The notes below the pieces were generated by a model. It saw only the letters and a list, made by a program, of their open reading frames with translations, had not been told where the DNA came from and searched no databases. Shown here one piece after another: positions 1 through 10,160 of a DNA stretch of 64,000 nt. The DNA is from Clostridia bacterium (GTDB taxonomy: Bacteria; Bacillota; Clostridia; JAAYHZ01): the NCBI GenBank assembly GCA_050950825.1, contig JBMNIH010000003.1, positions 32,001 to 96,000 of the forward strand. Direction: 5' to 3'. Made by a program: the position numbers and the translations under genes. Every line of letters begins with the position of its first letter. Positions within the stretch are counted from its first letter, which is position 1.

Positions 1-697
1 TATAGTTATAGCCTAGTTCGCTATGTTGGTAATGTCTTGCTTTGTCTCGTGCTTGTGTAGCCCAAAATCGTACTTTAGCAATTCTTTCTTCGTTATTGGA
101 AACCAACATCCCTCCACCGGATGTAGTAATAATCTTATTTCCGTTAAAGCTAAATATTCCATAGTCCCCAAATGTGCCGGTATATTTACCTTTATAGGTG
201 GTCCCAAGTGATTCTGCAGCATCTTCAATTAACGTCACATTATGTTTTTTGCATAATTCTATAATAGGATCCAAATCTGCAGAAAGGCCATACAGGTGAA
301 CAACAATAACTGCCTTTACATTTGGATATTTCTCGAAAGCTTCCTCTAGAGCTTTCGGGTCCATATTCCATGTTTCATAATTACTATCTATAAAAACAGG
401 AACTGCATTTTGATAAATAATCGGATTTGCCGTTGCAGAGAAAGTTAAGTCCTGACAGAAAACGATGTCACCTTGACTTACCCCGGCCGCCTTCAATGCC
501 ATATGCATTGCAGCAGTTCCCGATACTAATGCTGCCGCATGTTTTGCTCCTATCTTAGAAGCAAGTTCTCTTTCGAAACCATCAACATTAGCTCCTAAAG
601 GCGCTATCCAATTGGTATCAAACGCTTCTTTTATGTATTCTAATTCATATCCTTCATCGCTCATATGGGGTGATGAAAGCCATATTTTTGATGACAT
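1..697 (-). CDS. DegT/DnrJ/EryC1/StrS (PglE-like) sugar aminotransferase, 3' end runs off window
   Basis: Hand translation from ATG at 697: MSSKIWLSSPHMS...WIAPLG...SGTAAMH...TFSATANPI...VHLYG...IEDAAESLG...FSFNGNKIITTSGGGML (PLP lysine motif). RBS GAGGGGGAG upstream. Missing from the ORF track because it is open at the edge. Confidence 0.93.
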   Translation of the reverse strand, partial: MSSKIWLSSPHMSDEGYELEYIKEAFDTNWIAPLGANVDGFERELASKIGAKHAAALVSGTAAMHMALKAAGVSQGDIVFCQDLTFSATANPIIYQNAVPVFIDSNYETWNMDPKALEEAFEKYPNVKAVIVVHLYGLSADLDPIIELCKKHNVTLIEDAAESLGTTYKGKYTGTFGDYGIFSFNGNKIITTSGGGMLVSNNEERIAKVRFWATQARDKARHYQHSELGYNY

Positions 698-949
698 AAT
701 ACTCCCCCTCAAAATAACTAATAACTATTGCTAATAAACATAGCTTCGCCCTTTTCGTCCGACATTATCTTTGTCGCACTATACAGGTTTAGCTATGCAT
801 TCGCATATGAAAACAACCACGCTCTAGGCGGTGAGTCGTTCATATGGATTTTGTATTTAGTAAAAGATTTCTCCTTTATGAAAATCAATATGGTAAATAA
901 ATAAATTATCTATTACTTAAACTTATAGCTAATAGCTAATATTTCATTT

Positions 950-2812
950 CTACACAACCTTTTCTACAGGTTGATGATATGTAGGAACCAGAGCTTGTAC
1001 CTTCTTCTTTATATCCTCAGCCTTAGGTTGTTTTTCTAATTCAATACGTAACTGTTCAAGCTTTTGTTTTAATAAGGCGAAGTCACAATATAGAGGCTTT
1101 GCTATGAATATCTTATTATTCTTCGTAGATTGCAAGCCTTCTTCGGCCATAAGTAGCTCTTCATAAAGCTTTTCTCCCGGTCTTAATCCGGTGATTTCTA
1201 TCTGAATATCTTCATAAGGCCTGTAACCGGAAAGTCTTATCATGTTTTTTGCTAAATCTATGATCTTCATAGGCTGTCCCATATCCAGAACGAAGATTTC
1301 TCCTCCTTTTGCCATGGCTGCCGCTTGAAGTACTAATGAGACTGCTTCCGGAATGGTCATAAAAAATCTCGTTACCTCAGGATGAGTAACGGTAACCGGT
1401 CCACCTTCTTCAATCTGCTTTTTGAATAAAGGTATCACACTGCCATTGCTTCCTAATACGTTACCAAATCTCACAGCTACATAATCCGTATTGCTGCGTT
1501 CGTTGAGCCCTTGAACTATCATCTCTGCAATACGTTTGGTAGCTCCCATCACGTTTGTGGGATTTACTGCTTTATCCGTAGAAATGAGTACAAATCTCTT
1601 TGTTCCATACTTATCAGCGCACATGGCAACGTTTAAAGTACCGAAAACATTGTTCTTAATGGCTTCACAAGGGTGATCTTCCATTAAAGGCACATGCTTG
1701 TGAGCTGCCGCATGATAAACAATATCCGGCCTATGGGTCTTGAATATCTGTTCCATTCTACTTAAGTCACGAATATTCGCTACAACTGCATCGATCTCAA
1801 GTTCCGGATGCTTTCTTTTCAGTTCACCATGGATCCAGAAAAGATTGTTTTCATAGTTGTCTAGAATAATTAATCTTTTAGGATTAAACGAAGCAATTTG
1901 GGTACATAGCTCGGAACCTATAGACCCGCCTCCTCCGGTTACCAAGATGGTTTGATTGGCTATATAACTGCAAATTTCCGCTAAATCCGTCACAATCGGT
2001 TCTCTTCCTAACAGGTCTTCTATATTAACATCCCTGACTTTGCTCATCATGACGGACCCGTCTATAAGCTGTGTAACGGAAGGCAGTATCCTAACTTTAC
2101 AGTGTTTACATTCAATGGAAGCACAGTGTTCATATATCTTATTCAATTCACTTGGTTTCGCAGAAGGAATAGCAATGATTATTTCATCTACTTTTTTCTT
2201 TAGAATGATCTCATTGATTTTTTCTAAGTTTCCCACTACCGGGATTCCGTTAATTACTTTACCTATCTTTTCAGGGTTTTCGTCAACAAATGCAACAGGT
2301 TTACTTTGAAGTTCCTTATGGGATAACATTTCTCGCGCTATGGTAACTCCCGCTTCACCGGCACCAATGATAAGTATTCTTTTTGCATTGTTTAAAGAAA
2401 GAGATTTGTTATCACGTAATCTTCTGCCGATACGAAAAGCAATCCTTGATCCTCCAATGAAAAATACATCCAGCATGGCAGTAATAATGAATATGCTTCT
2501 TGGAGAAATAGACCGGATAAAAAAGATATATATGAATAACAAACCATTGGATACGGCAGAAGCCATGATAACGGTTAAGAATTCATATATACTGGCATAC
2601 TTCCACAGATTATGATAAAGTTTGAAAAAAGAAAATACGAGTAATTTTAGAACAACATTAACAGTCAAAAGAATGGGTATGTACTCGAAGAATAAGTCCG
2701 GTATAGACTCCAAACCAAATTCAAAACGAATCGCATAGGCAAGTGAGAACGATATCGTCAATAAAAGGATGTCTAATAATACCAATAACGCTGATTTGAC
2801 TCTTTTCTTCAT
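950..2812 (-). CDS. capD: CapD/PglF-like UDP-GlcNAc 4,6-dehydratase (polysaccharide biosynthesis protein)
   Basis: N-terminal TM segments, IIGAGEAG, EDLLGRE, VTGGGGSIGSEL, HAAAHKHVP, ISTDKAVNPTNVMGATK, VRFGNVLGS, GLRPGEKLYEEL. Confidence 0.95.
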   Translation of the reverse strand: MKKRVKSALLVLLDILLLTISFSLAYAIRFEFGLESIPDLFFEYIPILLTVNVVLKLLVFSFFKLYHNLWKYASIYEFLTVIMASAVSNGLLFIYIFFIRSISPRSIFIITAMLDVFFIGGSRIAFRIGRRLRDNKSLSLNNAKRILIIGAGEAGVTIAREMLSHKELQSKPVAFVDENPEKIGKVINGIPVVGNLEKINEIILKKKVDEIIIAIPSAKPSELNKIYEHCASIECKHCKVRILPSVTQLIDGSVMMSKVRDVNIEDLLGREPIVTDLAEICSYIANQTILVTGGGGSIGSELCTQIASFNPKRLIILDNYENNLFWIHGELKRKHPELEIDAVVANIRDLSRMEQIFKTHRPDIVYHAAAHKHVPLMEDHPCEAIKNNVFGTLNVAMCADKYGTKRFVLISTDKAVNPTNVMGATKRIAEMIVQGLNERSNTDYVAVRFGNVLGSNGSVIPLFKKQIEEGGPVTVTHPEVTRFFMTIPEAVSLVLQAAAMAKGGEIFVLDMGQPMKIIDLAKNMIRLSGYRPYEDIQIEITGLRPGEKLYEELLMAEEGLQSTKNNKIFIAKPLYCDFALLKQKLEQLRIELEKQPKAEDIKKKVQALVPTYHQPVEKVV

Positions 2813-3013
2813 AATTCTACACCAAACTAATTTTGTTTAAAAAATCAAATAATTTTAATCACTAGAAGATAAAATAATTTAATACAAATGTGATTGCTTT
2901 TAATCTCTCTTTATATCTATAATAACATATAAATTATGTCATCTATATATTTTTTCGATCTTTACTTTTTCTCGATCCCTCATTAACCTCCCTGAATTAA
3001 ATTAAACTTCTAC

Positions 3014-3805
3014 TTAACTATCATCGTTTTCATTATTGTAGTAGTAATAATTGTAGTTGTAGTTCTTGTAATAATAGTAGTATCCGCTCACACCTTTTTC
3101 GAGCTTGGTTATGACTACACCTAGAATCTTAGCATCTACATTAGTCAATGCTTGTTTGGCATGAAGAGCCATTTCAATTTCTGTCTCTCCGGATGACACA
3201 ACTAACACAACACCATTTGCCTGCTTACCTAAAATAGCCGCATCGGTTAAAGAAGCGACCGGAGGAGTGTCTAGTATCACCAAATCATATTCCTTCTGCA
3301 CTTGCTTTAAAAAGTTTTCCATCTTCTTAGAAGCAAGTACTTCCGTCGGATTCGGCGGTATAAACCCGCTGGTGATTACCCACAAGTTATCTATTAAAGG
3401 AACCTTCTTTACAAATTCAGTTGAAGGCATTCCTTCTACGATCATATCGTTTAATATATGGGTTAAACCGATGTCGTTGTTTAAACCGAAGTTTTTATGA
3501 AGCCTCGGCTTTCTCAGGTCGCAGTCAATCATTAAAACTTTCTTATCAATTTTTGCCATAGTAATGGCAAAATTGGATGCAACCGTGGTCTTCCCGTCAA
3601 ATGGCCCGGGGCTGGTTATCACCAGCATCTTTAAATCATGATCGATATCGGCAAAGCCGATATTCGTTCTCAGGCTTCGAAAGGCCTCCGCGGCAGGAGA
3701 TTTCGGGTCATGATATGTAATAAGGTTCGGACTGAGCTTTCCTAACCTACTTGCCGTTCGGTCGGAACGATAAGGATGCAATTGCTTTACGTTTACGACT
3801 TCCAT
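3014..3805 (-). CDS. CpsD/CapB-family bacterial tyrosine (BY) kinase
   Basis: AEAFRSLRTN, Walker A GPFDGKTT, IDCDLRKP, ILDTPP, C-terminal Tyr cluster. Start set at ATG 3805 with GGAG upstream. Confidence 0.93.
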   Translation of the reverse strand: MEVVNVKQLHPYRSDRTASRLGKLSPNLITYHDPKSPAAEAFRSLRTNIGFADIDHDLKMLVITSPGPFDGKTTVASNFAITMAKIDKKVLMIDCDLRKPRLHKNFGLNNDIGLTHILNDMIVEGMPSTEFVKKVPLIDNLWVITSGFIPPNPTEVLASKKMENFLKQVQKEYDLVILDTPPVASLTDAAILGKQANGVVLVVSSGETEIEMALHAKQALTNVDAKILGVVITKLEKGVSGYYYYYKNYNYNYYYYNNENDDS

Positions 3806-4523
3806 TTTGACCTTGTCTCCTTTCACCTTCGAACGCCGGTATTTCACCTAATATACTAAGACCTAAATACTTTTGTACGTCTTCCGCATTTTTAATGGTG
3901 TTATCAAAATACTCTGCTGCAATTATAATACCTATACCTACCATTAATCCTATAACTCCTGCAATCGCAATGTTCATCTTTTTGTTCGGCTTAATCGGAC
4001 TTGTAGGAACTTCAGCATCATCTACCACTCTTACATTTTCTACATCAACTATCTCAGCAGCTTTAATAATGATTACTTGCGACATCTCATTGACAACATC
4101 AGCCGCAAATTCCGGGTCCGTAGACTCAAAGCTGATTTTAAACATTCGGGAGTTGCTGACGGTAGAAACATCTAACCTCTTCTGCAAATACTCCGGTTTT
4201 ACCTCTAGGTCCAAACGCTTAATCACTTCGTTAGCAGCCGTTCTGCTCTTGATGATTTCTCTGTAGTCCATCACCAATCTTTCGTTTACTTGCATTTGTG
4301 CAATGCTATAAGGATCATCTTCTTCTCCCGGTTCTTTACCTACAAACAGCAAAGCATTGGCGCTGTAGACAGGATCCGCTATCAAATAGGAATATATCGT
4401 AGCACCTATAACGGCAACGATAAAACATATGGCGATAATCCACCATTTTATTCTTAACAAATAAATGATTTCTCGTAGGTTAATATCTTGTTCGTACGTT
4501 ACTAATTGAGCATCATTTTCCAT
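3747..4523 (-). CDS. Wzz/CapA (CpsC) chain-length regulator and BY-kinase activator
   Basis: EQDINLREI, two TM helices, PVYSANA, VDDAEVPTSPIKPN, DNTIK..EDVQKYLGLSILGEIP. Confidence 0.92.
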   Translation of the reverse strand: MENDAQLVTYEQDINLREIIYLLRIKWWIIAICFIVAVIGATIYSYLIADPVYSANALLFVGKEPGEEDDPYSIAQMQVNERLVMDYREIIKSRTAANEVIKRLDLEVKPEYLQKRLDVSTVSNSRMFKISFESTDPEFAADVVNEMSQVIIIKAAEIVDVENVRVVDDAEVPTSPIKPNKKMNIAIAGVIGLMVGIGIIIAAEYFDNTIKNAEDVQKYLGLSILGEIPAFEGERRQGQNGSRKRKAIASLSFRPNGK

Positions 4524-4572
4524 ATGAATCTCCTAACCATAAAACCGGTTTAAAATAACTCGTTACTAAAAA

Positions 4573-5379
4573 TCAAAAATCCAAATGTTTTTTCCCGCCA
4601 CCTAAGAAGGGCAAAAAAGCAAAAGTTTTTGTTCGTGCAGGTGGTTCCGCTTTGTATTTTGGCAATAACTCTTCGTTTTGCAGGATCTTTTCTGCGTTTT
4701 CATCAAAAATCTCTTGGGCTTTCTTTTTCCCAACCCACTGCTCTGTCAATTCAAAAGCTTTGCTTAGTCGAGGTGCTCTCACTCTTTTGGAATGACAATC
4801 GGAACCAATAAAATGAACCCAATTCTTCTCCATAAACCGTTTTGTCAACTCCTGCATCTTCGTTCCCGTCATTCCGTTAACTGACAAGGCATTGACTTGC
4901 ACCAAACATCCCATTTCTATGTAGCGGTACAAAATTTCCGGTTCACGTTGTATGGGTCCATACCTTTCAGGATGAGCTAGAATCACCCGGTAGCCTTGTT
5001 CAAAAAGAGCGTAAAGCACATTCTCCGTATAGCTTGGCACTACATCCATCGGCAGTTCCACTAACACATAGTTGCTATCCGCTAAGGTCAAGCAATGTCC
5101 TTGCCGAAGGCTTGAAGACAAGTAATAATCCATGTACAACTCGTTCCCTGAGAACAATCGGATTTCCATTCCCTCATCTTCTATCAATGATTGAATTGTA
5201 TTTAATCTATTCTCAATATCTTCTTCATCATATTCCGTCGAGCCGTATATGTAATGGGGGGTTGTTATCATCTTTTTGATGCCGTCTTCTTCCGCTATAC
5301 GCAGCATCTCCAAGGTTTCTTCCAAATCTTCCGCCCCATCGTCAAGACCGTAGAGAATATGACTGTGTATATCGATCAT
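4573..5379 (-). CDS. CpsB/CapC PHP-family tyrosine-protein phosphatase
   Basis: MIDIHSHIL..LDDGA, TPH, GNE, LAHPERY, IGSDCH. Confidence 0.95.
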   Translation of the reverse strand: MIDIHSHILYGLDDGAEDLEETLEMLRIAEEDGIKKMITTPHYIYGSTEYDEEDIENRLNTIQSLIEDEGMEIRLFSGNELYMDYYLSSSLRQGHCLTLADSNYVLVELPMDVVPSYTENVLYALFEQGYRVILAHPERYGPIQREPEILYRYIEMGCLVQVNALSVNGMTGTKMQELTKRFMEKNWVHFIGSDCHSKRVRAPRLSKAFELTEQWVGKKKAQEIFDENAEKILQNEELLPKYKAEPPARTKTFAFLPFLGGGKKHLDF

Positions 5380-5471
5380 ACATTCTCCCGCCTGTAAGGA
5401 CTAATGCAACCAATTATAAACATAACATCCGGCTACAGTTGCCATTTACTATGCGATCTAATAGTGTTTTA

Positions 5472-5500
5472 AGGGTAACACAAAAAAAGACAAATTGCAA
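5472..5500 (-). promoter_or_regulatory. Candidate sigmaA promoter of the phosphatase-wzz-kinase operon
   Basis: Minus strand TTGCAA-N17-TACCCT with an extended TG, about 90 nt upstream of the phosphatase ATG. Confidence 0.4.
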
Positions 5501-5632
5501 GATAGATACAAGGATAAAAGTCAAAAATTGACCAAAATTTTGTATCAAAATTTTAAAAAAATTCGAAATTACTAAATTGTACCGTGCTTTATTTCGCTAT
5601 TGTATTATCGCTTTTATCCGATACATTGTTGT

Positions 5633-6373
5633 TTATTCTTCCTCGGTATAATATTCATAATTATAGTAATTATAATAACTTCCGGACTTTTTATTGATTT
5701 TCGTTAAGACCACTCCCAATATGTTCGCCTTTACATTCGTCAATGCTTGTTTTGCACTCAAAGCTCCTTGGATGCTGGTCTCACCGGATGCTAAAACCAA
5801 TAAAACCCCGTCTGCGAACTTCGAAATAATGGCAGCATCCGTCAGCTGTGCTACCGGAGGCGTGTCAATAACGATAATGTCGAAGTGTTTTTTTATTTGA
5901 TCCAATAGATTCTTAAATTTTTTCGAAGAAAGCATCTCTGTCGGATTCGGCGGAGTAAAACCGGCGGTTAAAACAAACAAATTTTCTACCTCCGGTATCG
6001 CTTTTATAATATTCAGCAACGACAGATCGTCAAAAACCATATCCGCCAAAATATGAGTCAGCCCTATATCATTGCCGATTCCAAAATTTCGGTGAACTCT
6101 CGGTTTTCTTAAATCGCATTCCATTAATAGAACCTTCTTGTTCACCTTCGCCATGGCGATGGCGAAGTTACTTGCTACGGTAGACTTTCCGTCGGTAGGT
6201 TCCGGGCTGGTAAAGACAATGGTTTTTAACTCATTATCAATACTCGCAAACCCTATATTCGTCCTTAATGTCCGAAAAGCTTCCGCAGCAGGAGATTTCG
6301 GATCATAATACGTAATGAGATTTTTCGAAAGCTCTCCTTTTCTCACACGTTTTTTTGAAACTACTTGCTCCAT
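5633..6373 (-). CDS. Second CpsD/CapB-family BY-kinase (paralog)
   Basis: AEAFRTLRTN, EPTDGKST, ECDLRKP, IDTPP, YYNYYNYEYY tail. Start could alternatively be 6409. Confidence 0.92.
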   Translation of the reverse strand: MEQVVSKKRVRKGELSKNLITYYDPKSPAAEAFRTLRTNIGFASIDNELKTIVFTSPEPTDGKSTVASNFAIAMAKVNKKVLLMECDLRKPRVHRNFGIGNDIGLTHILADMVFDDLSLLNIIKAIPEVENLFVLTAGFTPPNPTEMLSSKKFKNLLDQIKKHFDIIVIDTPPVAQLTDAAIISKFADGVLLVLASGETSIQGALSAKQALTNVKANILGVVLTKINKKSGSYYNYYNYEYYTEEE

Positions 6374-7370
6374 GTCAAATGTCCTTCTGTCCTTTACTAA
6401 ACTCATCATTTTGTATGTATCTTTATCCCCCTGTTCCCTTTGTTAATCTATATATTTCGTTGATAATAACGTCCAAAAAGAAACCGGTCTTAAAACCGGC
6501 ATGAACTATTGTATAAAATTAGTTTGGCATATCTTACGTTATTAATACATACGGTTTTAATGGGTATAAGTGTTACAAAGCTTTTGTATGTTTCTTCGTC
6601 CTTTATGTGTTTAGACTAATAAACACTCCTTCGGCTGTACCGTTTTGTTTCAAATAGCCGATGTTGCCCTGTTTATATCATTCAGCCTACTTGACCCTTC
6701 TTGTGCCTTTCCAAATATCTTCAAAAGGTTGTCATTTTATTTATCGACTCCTCAGGACCAAAAAAACTCGGCTGATGATATATCGTTCATTTTCTTCGTA
6801 AACTTTAATATTATTTTTGTCAAAGATCATTTTTTTATTATCAACAGGATGCAAAAGGGATTTGTTTATAATTATTCGAATCATTTTTGTAGATTTTATG
6901 GTCATAGTTTAATTTTCTCTTAAATTCGTAGCAAAACCTAAAATTTATCCAAATCATTGTCAACTCTTTCATTGCAATCGCTAAAAAACGACAACATACG
7001 AAGTATGAATCCGGATTCTTCTTGCCTTCATTTCTTAGCTTTTGTCCGTTTATAATCAATTTTCCACTGCCTTTATACAACTCTTTGGTAATACCAATAT
7101 TAAAAAGGCTCAAAATCATCCTCTTCTTTCATTTCTTTATCCATGGCTCCCGTTAAAGAGAATAGCCATTCTATTCCCGGATCACATTGTTGACTTATCG
7201 TAAGCTGTCGTTTTTCTAATCGACTAAGGTTTTGATTATATATATTTTTTGACCTCGAATAGATAGATATGCCGGTATCCATACCGGATACCCTTCCGCT
7301 GTTTTATTTGCACTTGTTAATTCCATGATGTGATTGTCATAGGCCGGGTGCCGCCTCATGCAAAATATCC

Positions 7371-7396
7371 AAAAAAACAGGCCGGCATGGCCGGCC
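7371..7396 (-). terminator. Rho-independent terminator downstream of the flagellin remnant
   Basis: Minus strand GGCCGGC-CAT-GCCGGCC followed by TGTTTTTTT. Confidence 0.65.
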
Positions 7397-7473
7397 CTAA
7401 CCGTAAATAATATTATTACAGCTGCTACACCATCTAACAAAGATTAACGACGATACTTCGAATTGTAGGTATA

Positions 7474-7760
7474 TTACCTTAGCAATTGAAGAATCGTCCG
7501 GGGAGTTTGATTGGCTCGTGTTAACATAGCAGTAGCCGTGTACTTAAAATGTTGTTTTTCGTAAACACCATCATTTCATTTGCCATATCCACGCCACGAA
7601 TACGGCTTTCAACGGCTTGCCGGTTTTTCTTGCGAATGATCAGGCTGTTGATCATGTGCTCTAATCGGTTTTGATAAGCACCTTGATTTGTACATTCGGT
7701 AGAAACGGCATTAATGGAATTGTTAACGAAAATAATGGCTGCTTTAACACTCATAAATGT
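7474..7760 (-). pseudogene. fliC: Flagellin C-terminal (D0/D1) remnant, frameshifted and lacking its 5' part
   Basis: GAYQNRLEHMINSL...AVESRIRGVDMANEMMVFTKNNIL, then a frameshift to TATAMLTRANQTPRTILQLLR* (TAA at 7474-7476). Confidence 0.9.
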
Positions 7761-8345
7761 CTTCCGGTGTCCTAGCCGCAATATTATGGCTAAAATTTCC
7801 GGTCAAATAAGTGTATTCGCAATATATATCGTGAAAAATGAATAAAACTATAGGAATAATACTTCCGGTCGCTCATATTGATAGGTATTTATGTATGATC
7901 CATTTTCTTTTTTCATTTTTACTTTCTATGATGGGTTTAAATAGGAGAAATAGACTTTCTTATAGCACGTCTTAAACTATTGGGATAAGAAGTACAGAGT
8001 TTTTTGCCTGAATTTTTGCAGCAAAGAAATGTATTTACCGGATTCACTGTTAAATAGTAGCATAATTAAATATACAAGTTGTGTAGATGAAAAAATAGTA
8101 AACAAATCCATATAAATAATGAGATATATTGAGAATAGTCGAGAAAAGATGAGTATTATGTATATAATTAAAAAATATGATTATTTATAAATTTTACGCA
8201 TAATAATTAATAATGATAAACTATGAACACCATATTTTGAATTCCTCTATACTATAGGCAGTTATGTCGATATTATATAAATTCTCACATTATTAACCCG
8301 GTTTTTCCGGTCGGCATACTACAATTTTTTTATGGAGGTATAATT

Positions 8346-10103
8346 ATGAAGAGATTAGCTTGTCTAATCATGGTCGTGGCATTGGTTCTGTCTTTTGCTT
8401 CGTGTGCAAAGGAAGAAAAAAAGCCTGAAGGAACAACAGCTACCGAAACACAAGAGAACCCCTTCAAAGAGCATTTCACAATTACTTATCTCATCGACTA
8501 TAACTACCAGTATGAAGGGGAAAGATGGGATGAACTGGAACTCGAAGAGAAGTTCAACATTGATTTGGTCGTACCGACGGTCGAATGGAACCAGCAGGGT
8601 TTAACAGAGCATTTGTTTGCCATGTTAGCCTCGGGAGATGTTCCGGATATGGCATGGTATCCTCCGGTTGACCGATATTGGGCGTACGAAGAAGGATTAC
8701 ACCGCTCGGTGAACATGGATATGGTCAAGGAGTATATGCCCTCTTACTACGCGCTTTTAGAGCAATACCCGGGAGCTTTTACCGTTAACCTAATCGAGGG
8801 CACCGAAAACGAATATGTCGGTCTTTCCATGGTAACCGGCTTAGCCGAATGGTGTTATTTCAATTACGGCCTCAGGTTAGACTGGCTCGAAAAGTTAGGC
8901 TATGAATTCAATGATCTTGTGGAATGGGTACCTCAATCCGCTTATGACGGAAAAGGAGATTTTGCAGGCAGAATGTACTTTTCTAACAGAAGATTTACAT
9001 ACGACGAATTCCTGCATATGAATCGTGCATTTACGGAGGATGACCCGGACGGTGACGGACAAGACAACACCTACTTCGCCATCGACCTCGGATTTCATAT
9101 GCACAGCTGGTTGACATTAGGTACATTTGGAATGGCCGGAAATAACCCAACCTATTTGTATAAAGACAAGCTAACCGGAGATATCGTTCCCTATTACGCT
9201 TTTGAAGGATATTGTGATTTTCTGCAATGGCGCAAGGAAGCATTGGAAAAAGGCTATATCCGAAAACTGCCCGGACAAGAGGCTTGGCTGTCTGAAAAGA
9301 AGATGATCAACAACATGGGAGTTCACGGATTCTACGAATTCGACAAGCAGTTCATATTCAGTGCGGATGTAGAAGTATCTTTGACCATCAATCCTCCGGG
9401 TCCCCTGTTGTTAAAAGACTCCGAAGCAAAGATCCTATTCTTCCCCGGTTTTGAAGGGCCCATGGGTATCGGCGGAAATTCCCGCTACCGTATGCACCCT
9501 GTAACAGGTGCATCATGGACATTCGGTGCCGGCGTATCCGATGAAAAGCTGATTCGTATTCTTCAATTTATGGAATACACTCATTTTGACAGCAGAGAAA
9601 CTTATCTGCGTTATCAATACGGAATCGAAGGAATCCATTGGAAATGGGAAGGCGAACCGTACAAGAGCTCTATTTTCCGATTTGGCGATGACCAGATACC
9701 GGAAGAATATCGGACTCCTGCCGTCATGTTCCGCTTTAATTCTAACAAGTTCTTGATGGACATGGAATTATTCACATCAGGAACCTACTTTAATAACTTC
9801 TATCAACGGTTTAAGGAAGCGAACAATTGGGACCAATACCTCATATGGCCTGATAAAATTATTGACCGTATGTGGATGACGGACGAAACATGGGAAGTCT
9901 ACGATAAATTGAACCAAGAATACAGCAGCAGTATAGACGCTGTTCGCAATGATTTTTATAATCGCGTCGACAAAGGACAAGTTGCGGACATTAACGCCGA
10001 ATGGCAAGCCTATATTGAAGCGTTGTATAGTGCAGGCTTAGGTGAAATTATCGAAAAAGTATTTAACAACGACGAAGGATTTGTGATCTTCCAACACGGA
10101 TAA
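8346..10103 (+). CDS. Lipoprotein extracellular solute-binding protein (family 1/LplA-like), paralog 1
   Basis: RBS GGAGG, lipobox FASC, ASGDVPD, LRLDWLEKLG, AFTEDDPDGDGQDNT, YGIEGIHW, EWQAYIEALYSAGL. Confidence 0.85.
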   Translation: MKRLACLIMVVALVLSFASCAKEEKKPEGTTATETQENPFKEHFTITYLIDYNYQYEGERWDELELEEKFNIDLVVPTVEWNQQGLTEHLFAMLASGDVPDMAWYPPVDRYWAYEEGLHRSVNMDMVKEYMPSYYALLEQYPGAFTVNLIEGTENEYVGLSMVTGLAEWCYFNYGLRLDWLEKLGYEFNDLVEWVPQSAYDGKGDFAGRMYFSNRRFTYDEFLHMNRAFTEDDPDGDGQDNTYFAIDLGFHMHSWLTLGTFGMAGNNPTYLYKDKLTGDIVPYYAFEGYCDFLQWRKEALEKGYIRKLPGQEAWLSEKKMINNMGVHGFYEFDKQFIFSADVEVSLTINPPGPLLLKDSEAKILFFPGFEGPMGIGGNSRYRMHPVTGASWTFGAGVSDEKLIRILQFMEYTHFDSRETYLRYQYGIEGIHWKWEGEPYKSSIFRFGDDQIPEEYRTPAVMFRFNSNKFLMDMELFTSGTYFNNFYQRFKEANNWDQYLIWPDKIIDRMWMTDETWEVYDKLNQEYSSSIDAVRNDFYNRVDKGQVADINAEWQAYIEALYSAGLGEIIEKVFNNDEGFVIFQHG

Positions 10104-10127
10104 TAAGTTGATTATAAGATGATTATA

Positions 10128-10160
10128 ATGTGAAGGCGAACACGAGGTTCGCCTTCACAT
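10128..10160. terminator. Hairpin/terminator between the convergent SBP and M14 genes
   Basis: 14-bp perfect inverted repeat ATGTGAAGGCGAAC/GTTCGCCTTCACAT followed by TTCTTTT. Confidence 0.7.

Noticed and set aside
750-790. Hammerhead ribozyme on the minus strand (CTG...stem...CGAAA)
   Set aside because: The core reads CUGUAUA rather than CUGANGA, and stems I and III are not convincing.
6645-7440. Short ORFs downstream of the flagellin stub (one has GIEWL, reminiscent of flagellin-island hypotheticals)
   Set aside because: They are too degenerate to assign and are probably decayed genes.
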